DNA of 63,506 nt, filler included, from Syncephalis fuscata S228 (taxonomy: Eukaryota > Fungi > Zoopagomycota), in the NCBI GenBank assembly GCA_025786725.1. It is 4 parts of 4 records of this genome, joined end to end, with 100 filler letters (N's around TTAATTAATTAA, not from the genome) between each part and the next. Parts side by side here need not be neighbours in the genome. Positions count along the whole stretch, not along the records: positions 1 to 12,935 come from JAHLTZ010000255.1; 3 more parts are not named here. One strand, given 5' to 3'. The position numbers were made by a program, and so were the translations under genes. Below, one piece after another: positions 1 through 12,632 of the stretch. A model generated the notes under the pieces. That model worked only from the letters and a program-made list of their open reading frames with translations. It was not told where the DNA came from and did not search any database. The stretch's first letter is position 1. Every line of letters begins with the position of its first letter.

Positions 1-519
1 TCTATAATAATCAATAAATGTTAGTGTTAGTGTCCGGTATCTAAAATTTAAAACAATATATGTATAAAGTTAGTATGTTGCAATGTTGTGTAGCCGGCCG
101 CTAGCACACTAAAACAATTTGGTGATTTTTATTTATGATATAAATTTGTAATTATCAATACAGGTTAGTAAGTTAGTAATCTAAATCTAAAGTCATCAAT
201 ATAACATTGGTTGTTATATTGCTTGGTAGCCGGCCGCTAACACACTAATCGCCATTGTCCTTGAACTTGATACTTGATGGCTTGTAAATCTAAAGCATTA
301 TATGCAGAGTTAGTGACTGATTTAAGTTAGTTACTTACCATTGCATAATCAGTGCACCATAAAGAAGGACCGGTAAGTGGTTTGTTAAAAGTGAAAAGGG
401 AAAGAGAAGAAGAGCTGCCAATGCAACATCGTGCTAGCAGGTGTTTACAGGTAGTGCATATAATGGCACTGCTGTATGGCCAGTACAGAGTGCCACCATA
501 TGCTACTACCATAGCTAAA

Positions 520-862
520 CACACTATTGCTAGCACGGTGAGCAATGGAAGATATAGAGATAATGATGAGGAGAGGGTGAGGAGAGGGTGAGGAGAGGGT
601 GAGAAAGGAACAGTATATGCTTGGTAGCATATATCCAGCATACACTGTTGCTAGTACGGTAAGTAATGGAAGGTTGGTGAAAAGGATAGGGAAGAAGGAG
701 TGAAGAGAAAGAGATGAGAACAGTGTATGCTTGGTAGCATATAGCCAGCATACACTGTTGCTAGTACGGTAAGTAATGGAAGGTTAGTGAAAAAAGGATG
801 AAGAGAAAGAGGAAAAGAAAGATAAAGAGAAAGATAACCGTATATGTTTGGTAGCATATATT
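520..862 (+). repeat. ~110-120-bp tandem array: hairpin repeat plus purine-rich variable spacer (3 spacers)
   Basis: AACAGTRTATGCTTGGTAGCATATAKCCAGCATACACTGTTGCTAGTACGGTAAGTAATGGAAGG at 609 and 719, separated by GA-rich tracts. Confidence 0.9.
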
Positions 863-3536
863 GCCATAGTTAGCATACTAGCAGCTGCCCACAAGGTAAA
901 ACGATACCGCTAGCACTGCTGTATGGCGCCATACAGCAGGGCGGTATGTAGTACCAAGACTAGGCATGCTTATACTAATAGACTAACAATGACATATAGC
1001 AAGCAAGGCATATACTGAACTTATGGAAACAAGTGCAAGTGGGAACGTGGCTAGTGGATAAATGCTGTCAAGTGTGGTGGATGAGAAAGAGGAACGTGTG
1101 ACGCAAATCGTGTGCTATGCGATCGGCAGTCTGTTTTTATAGTGTGGGTGCAAGTGCTAATGTAATATGAATAAACAATTATTATGATTGGTGCCAATTG
1201 ACTTGTTTGACAGCACTCGCCCAGTCAAACTAAACGTTTATTTTATTGAATAATCATTTTATTAAATTATCAAATCATTAGATTATATTATGATTTGGGG
1301 GTCAAATGACTATATTGATAACATTCGCGTAGTTGAACTGCACATTCAATGTATTGAACATGATGGTGGATGGTAAGTGACGTCAATCATCAAATACTCA
1401 TTGTTGTAAATGTATTGTCCAATATGCATATATCCTCTATTTACTTGCATTATTCACACTGTTTATGCTGTACACTTTTATAATATAATGTCGTTGTACA
1501 TCGTTATACAGTATATTGACCACACTCTATCGATTGGCGTTGTCCATTTGACCATAGCTTTATAGTTGAATTGGACATTCATTACACTCATTTGCTAATT
1601 ACCATATTACGCAGTCACAATTGGACACACTAAAATATTAATAGTAAATTAACGAAAAAATATACAGCAAATCCGATTGGTTCTGCGTACTCAGACGACA
1701 ATTCTGGTTATAATAAGCCAATAAAATGCGATGTGTAAATATTTATTGTTTTTATTCAGAATTGTATATGCATATCATAGCAATATTGGTCAAATATTGG
1801 TAAAAATAATAAGTATACAAATAAATTTGTTTATTTATTGCTATAATTTGTTTATTATGATAGTGTGTTGATTGGTGTATGGTATACTGGCTACTGGGGG
1901 TCAATTCGGCCTATTCTAGTGCAGTCATTGCAGTCATTGCAGTAATTTCAGCTAATGACCAGTCAGTATGGTTCTTGCAGGTCATTACTCGTAGTTCAGC
2001 TACGTATTTTGTTTGTTTTACGTAGTTTTACGTAGTTTACGCATCACTCGCTTCCCCGCGTTGTTTTTACGTATTTATCTATGTAATGGTCACTTTATCG
2101 TTCTATTTACTCATATTGGCCTCAATCTACGTAATTCACACAGCACTCTTCAAGCACCTTCCTAATATGAGCATTAGCGGACGTTTGAATCCAATATAGG
2201 CCGTGGTGACCTTTGTTGTCTCTCTTCTCTTGTTGTTGTGTTGTTGTTGTTCTATTGTCGTTGTTCTTGTTGTTTTTAACTCGCTATCGCTCGTATAGTT
2301 GTTCTGTAACTTCTTGTTCATTTTCCTTCATTTTTCATTTTTGTCTTATTTTTCTTATTTTAGCCCTATTTTATCAAGCCCTATCTTCATTAGCCCTAAA
2401 TATTGTCAAATAATTGTCAAAAATATTTTCAAAAAAATAAAAAAATCGTTGTCTGTTTTATTGTTGTTTCTTCATCTCCTGTTCATTCTGTTTCATTGTC
2501 ACCTACTCTCATATCATTTGAGCTATTATTTATCGAGTTATTCATTGTTATATTTAACTGGGGTGGCCAGAGTTCACTTCAACCAATATAAATCATTGCA
2601 TGTTATAAGTACTATAACATACTGACGTGAATGAGTCGTGTATATTGCTTTCTACAATTAATATAATATACACACGATATCATACAATGATATATGTAAA
2701 TAATGGATGTATGCATATTGAGTATATACACATTGGATATATGCTTACTGGATAATACTTCTACATTGATGTCTATTTTCTATTTTATTTATTCATCATC
2801 CATTATCATGGGCAGTACATTAAATGCTTTTAAAATATTGCCATTTGATCTGCTGATCATACTATAAGCATTGTTAAATTGTTTAATCATTAGTTAGTAT
2901 GTGCAACACATACTAATTGTATAATATTTATTGTCACAATTCACTTGATTAAATACAATAAACTATATTGTATTGATTTTTTGATTGAGATGCAAAAGTA
3001 TAAAGCTTTGCATCTACTTATTTAGTAGCTATGTGCTTTTATTTAATGCTTTGCTTGGATATTGTTTGGTAATATCAATTACTAATCACTTGGATATTAC
3101 CAATAAATAATATATTATTAATTGATCCAATATTTTTTTTAATCTTGCTGTTAATTGATAGCAATAGTATCAATTAATCTTGATGATGTCACATCAAGTA
3201 CTTGTGAAGTTGCTATTGTTGCTATTGTTGCTATTGTTGTGATGGTATACCGCCGTTTATTGGTGACAGTATACCACCACATACAAATTATGATGGATAC
3301 TGCTACAACTGCTATATCACATTACTTACTTATTTAAAATCGCGATTAGTGTGTTAGCGGCCGGCTACCTACAATTCTAAAACAATAAATACAATGTTAA
3401 TACGTTAGTAGACAATTGTCTTGAATTGATATTGCATATTTGGTTTTAGTGTGCTAGCGGCCGGCTATGTATAATAATAATACATACGCTAGGTGTCCAT
3501 GGCCGGCTACCTACGGATCTAAAATAATAAATACAA

Positions 3537-4512
3537 TGTTAGTGTTAGTGTTGATGCCAATGTTGATGTTGTTACTAATGTTGGTGCCGGTGCCGGTGCC
3601 GGTGCCGATGTTGATATTGGTACTGGTGCTGGTGCTGATGTCGGTGTTGGTACTGGTGCTGGTGTCGATGTTGGTGCTGGTGCTGATGCTGGTGCTGGTG
3701 CCGGTGCCGGTGCTGGTGCTGATGCCGGTGTTGGTGCTGATGTTGGTGCTGATGCTGGTGTTGGTGCTGATGCCGGTGCTGGTACTGGTGCTGGTACTGG
3801 TGCTGGTACTGGTGTTGGTACTGGTGCTGGTGCTGGTGTTGGTGCTGGTGCTGATGCTGGTGTTGGTGTTGGTGTTGATGCCGATGCTGGTGCTGGTGCT
3901 GATGTCGGTGTTGGTACTGGTGCTGATGCCGGTGTTGGTGCTGGTACTGGTGCTGGTACTGGTGTTGGTACTGGTGCTGGTGCTGGTGTTGGTGCTGGTG
4001 CTGATGCTGGTGTTGGTGTTGGTGTTGATGCCGATGCTGGTGCTGGTGCTGATGTCGGTGTTGGTACTGGTGCTGGTGCTAGTGTTGGTGCTGGTGCTGA
4101 TGCTGGTGTTGATGCCGGTGTTGGTGTTGGTGCTGGTGCTGATGTCGGTGTTGGTGCTGGTGCTGGTGCTGGTGTTGATGTTGGTGCTGATGCCGGTGTT
4201 GGTGCTGGTACTGGTGCTGGTACTGGTGCTGGTACTGGTGCTGGTGCTGGTGTTGGTGCTGGTGCTGATGCTGGTGTTGGTGTTGGTGTTGATGCCGATG
4301 CTGATGCTGGTGCTGATGTCGGTGTTGGTGCTGGTGCTGGTGTTGATGTTGGTGCTGGTGCTGCTGCTGATGCCGATGCTGGTGTTGATTTTGGTGCTGG
4401 TGCTGCTGCTGATGCTGGTGTTGGTGCTGGTGCTGATGTCGGTGTTGGTGCTGGTGCTGATGCTGGTACTGGTGTTGGTGCTGATGCCAGTGCTGGTACT
4501 AGTGTTGGTGTC
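3537..4512 (+). repeat. GGTGCT/GGTGTT/GATGCT hexamer minisatellite
   Basis: About 1 kb of degenerate 6-mers with a 150-bp higher-order duplication (3841 vs 3991). It explains the spurious poly-VL ORF 3467..4549. Confidence 0.95.
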
Positions 4513-5040
4513 CGGCTATCTAAAATCTATAATAAGCAATAAATGTTAGTGTTAGTATCCGGCATCTAAAATCTAAAATAATACATATAAAGTTAGTATG
4601 TTACAATGTTGTGTAGCCGGCCGCTAGCACACTAAAACAATTTGGTGCTTTTTATTTATGATATAAAGCTGTAATTATCAATACAGGTTAGTAAGTTAGT
4701 GAACTAAATCTAAAGTCATCAATATAACATTAATTGTTATATTGTTTGGTAGCCGGCCGCTAACACACTAATCGCCATTGTTCTTGAACTTGATACTTGA
4801 TGGCTTGTAAATCTAAAGTATTATATGAGAGTTAGTGACTGATTTAAGCTAGTTACTTACCATTGCACAATCAGTGCACCATAAAGAAGGACCGGTAAGT
4901 GGTTTGTTAAAGGAAAAAGGGAAAGGGAAAGAGATGTGCTGCCAATGCAACATCGTGCTAGCAGGTGTTTACAGGCAGTGCATATAATGGCACTGCTGTA
5001 TGGCCAGTACAGAGTGCCACATATGCTACTACCATAGCTA

Positions 5041-5475
5041 AACACACTATTGCTAGCACGATGAGCAATGGAAGGTATAGAGGAAAGATGAGGAGAGGAT
5101 GAGAAAGGAACAGTATATGCTTGGTAGCATATATCCAGCATACACTGTTGCTAGTACGGTAAGTAATGGAAGGTTGGTGAAAAGGATAGGGAAGAAGGAG
5201 TAAAGTGAAAGAGGATGAGAACAGTGTATGCTTGGTAGCATATAGCCAGCATACACTGTTGCTAGTACGATAAGTAATAGAAGGTTTAGTGAAAAGGATG
5301 GAAAGAAGGGGAAAGAAAGAGAATGATAACAGTGTATGTTGGTAGCATATATCCAGCATACACTGTTGCTAGTACGGTAAGTAATGGAAGGTTAGTGAAA
5401 AAAGGATGAAGAGAAAGAGGATGAGAAAGAGGATGAGAAAGAGAAAGATAACGGTATATGTTTGGTAGCATATAT
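5041..5475 (+). repeat. Hairpin repeat/purine spacer array, second copy (4 spacers)
   Basis: Same repeat at 5109, 5220 and 5328. Confidence 0.9.
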
Positions 5476-6029
5476 TGCCATAGTTAGCATACTAGCAGCT
5501 GCCCACAAGGTAAAACGATACCGCTAGCACTGCTGTATGGCGCCATACAGCAGGGCGGTATGTAGTACCGAGACTAGGCATGCTTATACTAATAGACTAA
5601 CAATGACATATAGCAAGCAAAGCATATACCGGACTTATGGAAACAAGTGCAAGTGGAAAGGTGGCTAGTGGATAAATGCTGTCAAGTGTGGTGGATGAGA
5701 AAGAGGAACGTGTGACGCAAATCGTGTGCTATGCGATCGGCAGTCTGTTTTTATAGTGTGGGTGCAAGTGCTGATGTAATATGAATAAACAATTATTATG
5801 ATTGGTACCAATTGACTTGTTTGACAGCACTCGCCCAGTCAAACTAAACGTTTATTTTATTGAATAATCATTTTATTAAATTATCAAATCATTAGATTAT
5901 ATTATGATTTGGGGGTCAAATGACTATATTGATAACATTCGCGCAATTGAACTGCACATTCAATCTATTGAACATGGGGACAAGTGGTGAGTTTGATTTA
6001 ATCGTCACATCATCACACTTATTGCTTTT

Positions 6030-6820
6030 TGGGGACAAATGACTATTTTAATAACGCCCAATCTATTGAACATGATGATGAGTGGTGAGTGACATCAGTC
6101 ATCAAAATACTCATCAGCATAGATTCGTTATCCAGTATGCATATATTAGTAAATATATATATTTATTTACCTATATCATTCCTGTACTATCCCACACCAT
6201 TGTATCCCATTCTACGATAGACTAGACACACTTTATTGTTTATATACACCAACAAACTCCATTCAGTCTACTCATTGCGCTATATGCGCTATAGTTTTAA
6301 CTTTATTTTATATGCTTTTTCACCGTACATTTATTATTCTATATATCATTCTATAATCGCTTAGCCTTCCTCTATCCAAATCTGTTTATACTTTTGTTCT
6401 AGCTTTATTATTAATAAATGTCGACTAATGTCGATCATCTGCTCATGCATATATGCTCAATAACATTAACATTGCTAATCGTTACTGCGTATTGCATATT
6501 CTTTATATTATATGCCGTTTTATTGTCTAATGACTACTGGCTATTTATTGCGGCTGTTCTTTTTGTTTTAGCTCTATTATTAACAAAGTTGACTAATTTT
6601 GCTCAGTTTGCTTAATAGACTATATATTTATTTATTTAAAACTCATAACAAATAGAATGTATTCAATATGCCATATAATGGTAATGATATAGGTGAATGG
6701 AGAGTATATGTGTACTGGATAACGAATCGATGCTGATAAGTATTTGATAACTAATGTCACTCACCACCCATCATCATGTTCAGTAGACTGGATGTTATTA
6801 AATGTTAGCCATTTGACTAC
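6030..6820. mobile_element. MITE-like foldback block with ~150-bp imperfect terminal inverted repeats
   Basis: 6040-6180 (ATCTATTGAACATGATGATGAGTGGTGAGTGACATC...) is the reverse complement of 6683-6815. There is no coding capacity and no TSD could be identified. Confidence 0.55.
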
Positions 6821-9065
6821 CGTCACAATAAATGCTTACTCAATTATTTCACCACTATGTCTTACAAAAGCGGTTTACTGATTGCATAGCATACAATCTA
6901 CGCCACACGCTTTTCTTTCTTTTTCTTCACACTTGACAGCATTACCCATTGCATATACTTATACGCTCCATACATGCTACTTAGCTGGTGTCAGTAACTA
7001 CTGACTACCAGACAACTGCAAACACTTTTGCATTAATCTCTTGCATTGCTCTTCTTTAATCTGAGCTTTTTTACAAAGCATCCTTTCACTCCAATCATTG
7101 GTATTGGCAGCCTATTTGACACGATAAGCGCATTTCTGTCTTGTTTCTATGCTATGTTGAATATACGCTATATTTTGCTATAGATTGCCACTACAGGTCA
7201 GCTGGCAACAGCTTTACTATTTCAACAGCGGCAGTGCAATCTACTACTGTCGAGACGGTACAGGCTGCTGTCAGTACGATCTGCGGCGGCAATCTATAGC
7301 AAAACAGTGTATATAGTGATTCTGGCAGCATATAGGTAGCATAGTCTTCAGGTACAGCTGCTGTATGCATACACCACCAATATTAGTATATCGAACTGCT
7401 AGTATAGTTGCTAAGTAAGTCTTCAGCACCAGTACAACAGCGCGAGTTGCTACTGTTGCTATTACTGTATGTACACAGCTGTCGGTACGATGACTGTGGT
7501 GACTATATGCGCTGTTACTTCTCTACCTGAACATTCTCGCTCAACACTACTTCTTTTTAAACATCAGTGTTTTCAAATGCAACAACTAATGTAAGACCTA
7601 ACACGCTAACTGTGTAGACTGTAGTATATTTGAGCAAATGTTGCTATTTGATCATTGTCACCAACGGCTACAGGCTCTGTATTCTGTGAACAAACATTGG
7701 TGTATATGCTGTCGTTTGATTAACAGCGTCTTCCATAGCATCCTGCTTAGTATGTAGTCAGTGGTGCTTGTGCAGTGCTTTATTTACATTCTAATTATCG
7801 CATTAGTTGTCCTGAGCCAGTACTGTAACTGGTGTCAATGTTTATGACAGGTCGCTATTTGACAGCCTCTGACTATGCTCTATCAGTCTACATCTGAAGC
7901 ATTTACCGCTTCTTTGAAGTTACAGGTAAGCATTGTTATGTTTTATTGAACTATGTATTATTGTGCGGATAAAGACAGTATAACACAAATAGCCATGTAC
8001 GCTCTTATAATCAGCTGTTTACTATGATAAGACAACTGGTACTGCTATATAATAAATATTTGCTTATTTTTACTTCAAACTACTTACCGTTTAATCAGCT
8101 AGTATTCTTGCGTAAATATTTGCATATGTCGTGTTAGTGTTGCTGTTTGCATTCATGTTGCTATACTTTGTTTCCAAATAATCTATGTTTGCAGTAGTGC
8201 TTTGTTATGCGCGTGCATACATACTTGTACCATACAGATGCACCATTGCCTACTGTGTATTGTATGGCTGCTTATTGTTTTGCATGTGCGCTGTAGAATA
8301 CATATTATAGCAAACATATCTGATATATGTTGCTGTTTATACAATTGTGGTACCTTTTCATTCAATGTGCTATCCATTGCGATACAACTTGTCATCCGTC
8401 ATTCCAGCCTACTGAATACTGTGTGGCCAACTGCATTTGCATGTATAGACTTTTGGCTACCCAATATGCTATGGTATGTACGCTCTATAGTGTTATTGCA
8501 TATACCACTGTATATTATTGTATAAACATACTATGTGCCGTTATTATACTATCCTATATACTGCCCGCCTATTTACAACCATGTTTTTGTCTTTTTACTG
8601 TTTTGTGTGTGCTAACGTGTACTTTGACATGATATGATATCAAATAAACGATCGATCCGCTATAAACATTAAAATATACAGTTGTTTAGTTCTAATACTC
8701 ATGTTAGATGCAATAGACAGTTACAGCACACAGTATAATGTTTAATAGCTCTATTACCGTTATTTATGTTTTGCCATCCATATATTCATTATATAATACT
8801 ATTTATTATATATTGGCTATGCGCTATTTAAAACCGTTGTCTGCTTGTTTCTAGTTTTTTTATTAATAAAATAGACGCATCTTATTTGTTTTTGCTTACT
8901 GAGTTGTACGGATAGAACAAAAGATACAAGTATTTACATTTGAGGATACATGTTTACTAAATAATAAATTTATGATGACGAGTATTACTATCATTAACAT
9001 TGCTATTGCTGTTATTTTATTGTTTTTATTAAGCTATAATTACAAAGCGCAAATATACCTATTAT

Positions 9066-10388
9066 TTATTGTGGATGCTGTATAAAATAAGTAGATGGGT
9101 CCCAGGACCCAGCCAGTTTTGCTTGATCCCATTCACGTACTGGTGCATTTACTGTTTTAGCCGGCTTTTGACTAGGTTTTGAAAATGAATCAGATGAAGA
9201 CGAATAGTCCGTGGATGATGTTCGACGATGGCGACGATGGCGCTTTCGTTTTTTCTTCTGCTCATCGCCATCTTTATTACTATTGTTGTCATTGCTATCG
9301 CCGTTTTTATAATCTTCACTATCTTCCGTATCGTCGTCGTCAGTATCATATCTTTTTCGATGTTTATGTTTACGCTTTTCTTTTCGCTCTTTCTTTCGTT
9401 TACGCTTCTTATCTTTTTTGGATCGTTTATAAGAGCGTAAACTATCTTCATCTGAAGATATAGCCTCTTTACCAGTACGACCAACCGTACTTGTGACATT
9501 GGATGCATATTCAAGCGAATCACCAAAATCGGGTATTAAACCATTTGCAGAAATACTATCTGCAATGTCAAGACGTGGATCGTAGTCTTTACTAAAATAA
9601 CGATCCATACGTGATTCATCAGTCTGTCCACGTCCACGAGGTTTAGTTGAACTGGATCGCTGTTGTACGTCATTATCAGATTCAGCGTAGGTAGTAGAGG
9701 GTGATATTGAACGTCGACGGTTTCTAACATGATTATTCGAATGAATAAATATAATTTAATTAATAATTACTACACAATTACCGGCTATTTCTTTTAGCGG
9801 ATAAATCACGTCGACTATTTATACCGGTGTCTTTAGAGCTAGTTCTATGATTTACACGATCTTTATAATCCAAGTCGGTAATTGTTGACGTTTCTTTTTG
9901 TGTAGATTCATCGCTATCAATATATTCTTGGAATAAGTATGATATGTATTTTTTGTAGCAGCAATACTTAATGACATACCTAAAAGCACGCATTCTACCG
10001 TGCTGCTTTGATCGACGCCTACTTGCCTCAAGCGCTTCCTGGCGTAGTACTACTTTGTTGTGCGAATCAACCTGGCGCATAACATTGACCAAAAATCGTT
10101 TGTCCGCTCTAGGTTTGCTATATACAAAGAAAATACCAGCTGTTGGTTTAGTATTTAACAAAGTGTCGTATAAAGTTACCGGTTAGGATGTAAGTAGGCC
10201 TCAACACCCACAGAGTTATAGCGATGCCGAAATTCGGCGGCTTCTTTCAACATCAGTTCGGCAGCCTCGCGCTCCAAATCTAACGTCGTTTCATCGGGAT
10301 TGGCAACTGATTGGGCTGGCAAGTTTGATGTAGAAGCCAGAAACTGTGCCAGTCCATCTATTACAGAGCGAGGCTTTTTATTTGCCAT
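9066..10388 (-). CDS. Conserved fungal hypothetical protein, Lys/Arg-rich and probably nuclear; spliced (~4-5 exons)
   Basis: Linked ORFs 10176-10388, 9778-10161 and 9066-9608 with GT-AG introns. Motifs GVEAYL, KRFLVNVMRQVDSHN, RGRG, MDRYFSKDYDPRLD, VREWD and a basic KKRKRKK tract. Confidence 0.75.
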
Positions 10389-10609
10389 GATGAGTGGCCT
10401 AAAGATGGAAATAAAGATAAAAGTACTACAAGTATAGACAAAGTAAATAAGTTGGAAAGAGATAAAGACTATCTTCCATCGTCTGTGCCAAGTATATCAT
10501 GCTAACTCAAATTGATTTAGGCCAAGTTAAAACTGAACCACCATAGTTTAGTATTGCTTAAGTAGCAGATGATTCAAGTGGATTTTGTTAAAAACTATCA
10601 TGCTATTTA

Positions 10610-11130
10610 TAATAAAGCATTTTTATTAGCAATTTATTAGCAATTTATTAACAATTTATTGTGATTTAGTGATCAAATGACTACATCTAATAACATCCAA
10701 TCTACTGAACATGATGATGAGTGGTGAATAACGTCAGGGTCCAAAATACTCATCATTGTAGATTCATTATCAGTATGCATATATCCACTATTTACTTATA
10801 TTATCTCCATTTTATTCCATACTACTATATATCACACTATATGATATACTAGACACATTTTATTTATTATATGCAGCGATACACTTTGTTTATTCCACTA
10901 ATTACGTTATATGCACTATAATTTCAACATTATTTATCATATTCTTTTCAGTGTGTTTATTATATTTTATATTATTTTATATTCCTTTAGTCTGTTTTAT
11001 CTAAAACTGTTGTTTGCTTGCTTTTAGCTTTAATGGTTATAAAAATTTTGGATTATTATAGCTCAATGAGTCAAAGTTATAAATAATAAGGCTAGCAACA
11101 AACAAACGACAGTTTTAAATAAAACATGGC
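10610..11130. repeat. Dispersed diverged copy of the foldback terminal motif plus a local inverted repeat
   Basis: 10670-10800 resembles 6040-6150 and 59030-59150. 10990-11035 is inverted relative to 11085-11125. Confidence 0.65.
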
Positions 11131-11422
11131 CAAATAACGAATAGAATATGTCTAGTATACTATATAATAATATACATTAACTTAGAGGTACAGTAAAAAT
11201 GTATATGCAGACGGAACGTATATGTATACTGAATATACGCGTACAGGATATATGCGTACTGAATACCAAGTTTATAGTAATAAAATCCTATTTCATCTGT
11301 AATTTAGTGTTTATTTTCAAAAAGTGTCGATTCCGCTTTTGTCTACTCTTTCTTTTAGTATTATTTATCCTCTTTTCTAAAAGACACGACAAAGAAAATA
11401 GCTTATTAGTTGACTAGACGTA

Positions 11423-12203
11423 ATGGAAGACGCAGCAAAGAAACGCAAAGAGCGATTGCAAGCATTACGCGCTGCAAAGGAGGCGGTTGACGCAGGCGAA
11501 CGTCCTACTGCAAAGTAAGATGCTTATAATCTTTTGATTCATCGTGTATTCTATTGTTTATTTATGTTTTACTAGACCATCGCTGCGCTTCCGTAACTAT
11601 ACGCCGTTAAATGAGGATATTGCCACTATTGCCACTGCTACTGGTGCAGATAGTGCCGATTCCGACGTAATAATGGAATCAGGTCAAACACTACGCAATC
11701 CAGTCGATGATAATAATAGTAAATTCATGGATACAGAAGAAAGTGAGGCGCTAAAACCACGAAAACGCGGCCCATCCGATCTTGATGCAACAGTAGAAAA
11801 GGCCATGGCAGGCATTACTGATAAGACCATTGCCGAGGAGGCTGAGCGTAATAAAGAAGATATGGTGGGTTGCGTAAATACATACACACGATAAATAATG
11901 ACATTTAACCGATGTATGTTTATTATTATAGGATCTATTTCATTTAGCACCAAAGAAAGCCAATTGGGACTTGAAGCGAGATGTAGAGAAAAAGCTAAGT
12001 AAATTAGAACGACGAACACAAGCTTCTATTATCGAATTGATTCGTGAGTATATACGTGTATATCAACACAATTAACCAACACTCAAATAGGCCAACGACT
12101 TCAAGGGGGCAGTGATAATGACAAAGCGGCCAATCTAGCCGATGCAGTAGCCGCACAACAACGCCAGGACGATGCATCTTTGTCGGGATCAGAAGAAGAA
12201 TAG
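11423..12203 (+). CDS. cwf18: Pre-mRNA splicing factor Cwf18/CCDC12 family (4 exons)
   Basis: MEDAAKKRKERLQALR...LRFRNYTP...DLFHLAPKKANWDLKRDVEKKLSKLERRTQASIIELIRQRL across GT-AG introns; TAG at 12201. Confidence 0.9.
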
Positions 12204-12632
12204 CCATATACTTACGATAGATGCCTAGCATATGCTTTTTGTCATATATTAATTTAATTAGCTGTCTATTTAAAAGAATAGCGTCCAACATCAACCTCTA
12301 GAAGAATAATGATAATACAAGAATAGGCTATTATATTACTAGTTGCTAGATCGATGGATGGCCATTGTTATATTCACAGTAGAGTTCAATGGCTGATGAG
12401 ACAGTTTTCCCTTAATAAATAAAAACGGCGCCCTTGCTTTACTTGCCTAATTGGATTGATGATACGTGGCGGTCATATTAGTGGATAGACGTGGTATTCA
12501 CCTCGTTCTTTTGTAACTCAACTATTGAATTAGTTTTATACGCCTATATTCTCTTTCTCTCTCTTTCGCGCCTATTTCGTTGAGCTGATTTACTACCATT
12601 GTTGACTTTAATCATCTTAACGCTATCATAAT

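Larger units (their letters stand above)
1..4525 (+). repeat. ~4.5-kb composite tandem repeat unit (gene-less form; probable subtelomeric element)
   Basis: Position 1 (TCTATAATAATCAATAAATGTTAGTGTTAG) recurs at 4526, and 1-~1360 aligns with 4526-~5975. The same modules occur reverse-complemented at 52868-55340 and 59860-63500. Confidence 0.9.
4526..6950 (+). repeat. Second, partial copy of the composite repeat, ending in a foldback block
   Basis: Direct repeat of 1-1360. 5900-6700 matches the reverse complement of 59150-59960, and 6870-6950 is a diverged inverted copy of 5670-5750. Confidence 0.85.

Noticed and set aside
520-862. CRISPR array
   Set aside because: Eukaryotic context, no cas genes, a repeat that is too long, and spacers that are mutually similar low-complexity purine tracts.
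904-963. Helitron 3' end (hairpin followed by CTAG)
   Set aside because: CTAG at 960 is followed by G rather than T, homology between copies continues past it, and no Rep/helicase is present.
327-3337. Short ORFs inside the repeat modules (also 4857-5471, 59493-60784, 63048-63415)
   Set aside because: They are low complexity, overlap on both strands, and vary in frame and length between copies.
3467-4549. 360-aa poly-Val/Leu ORF, and ORFs at 61095-61776
   Set aside because: These are by-products of a stop-free hexamer minisatellite. The ATG-linked frame differs between copies (VLVL versus GAGVD), which argues against coding.
12361-12450. Hammerhead ribozyme or C/D snoRNA at CTGATGAG
   Set aside because: No properly placed GAAA core or nearby D box with a terminal stem could be found.
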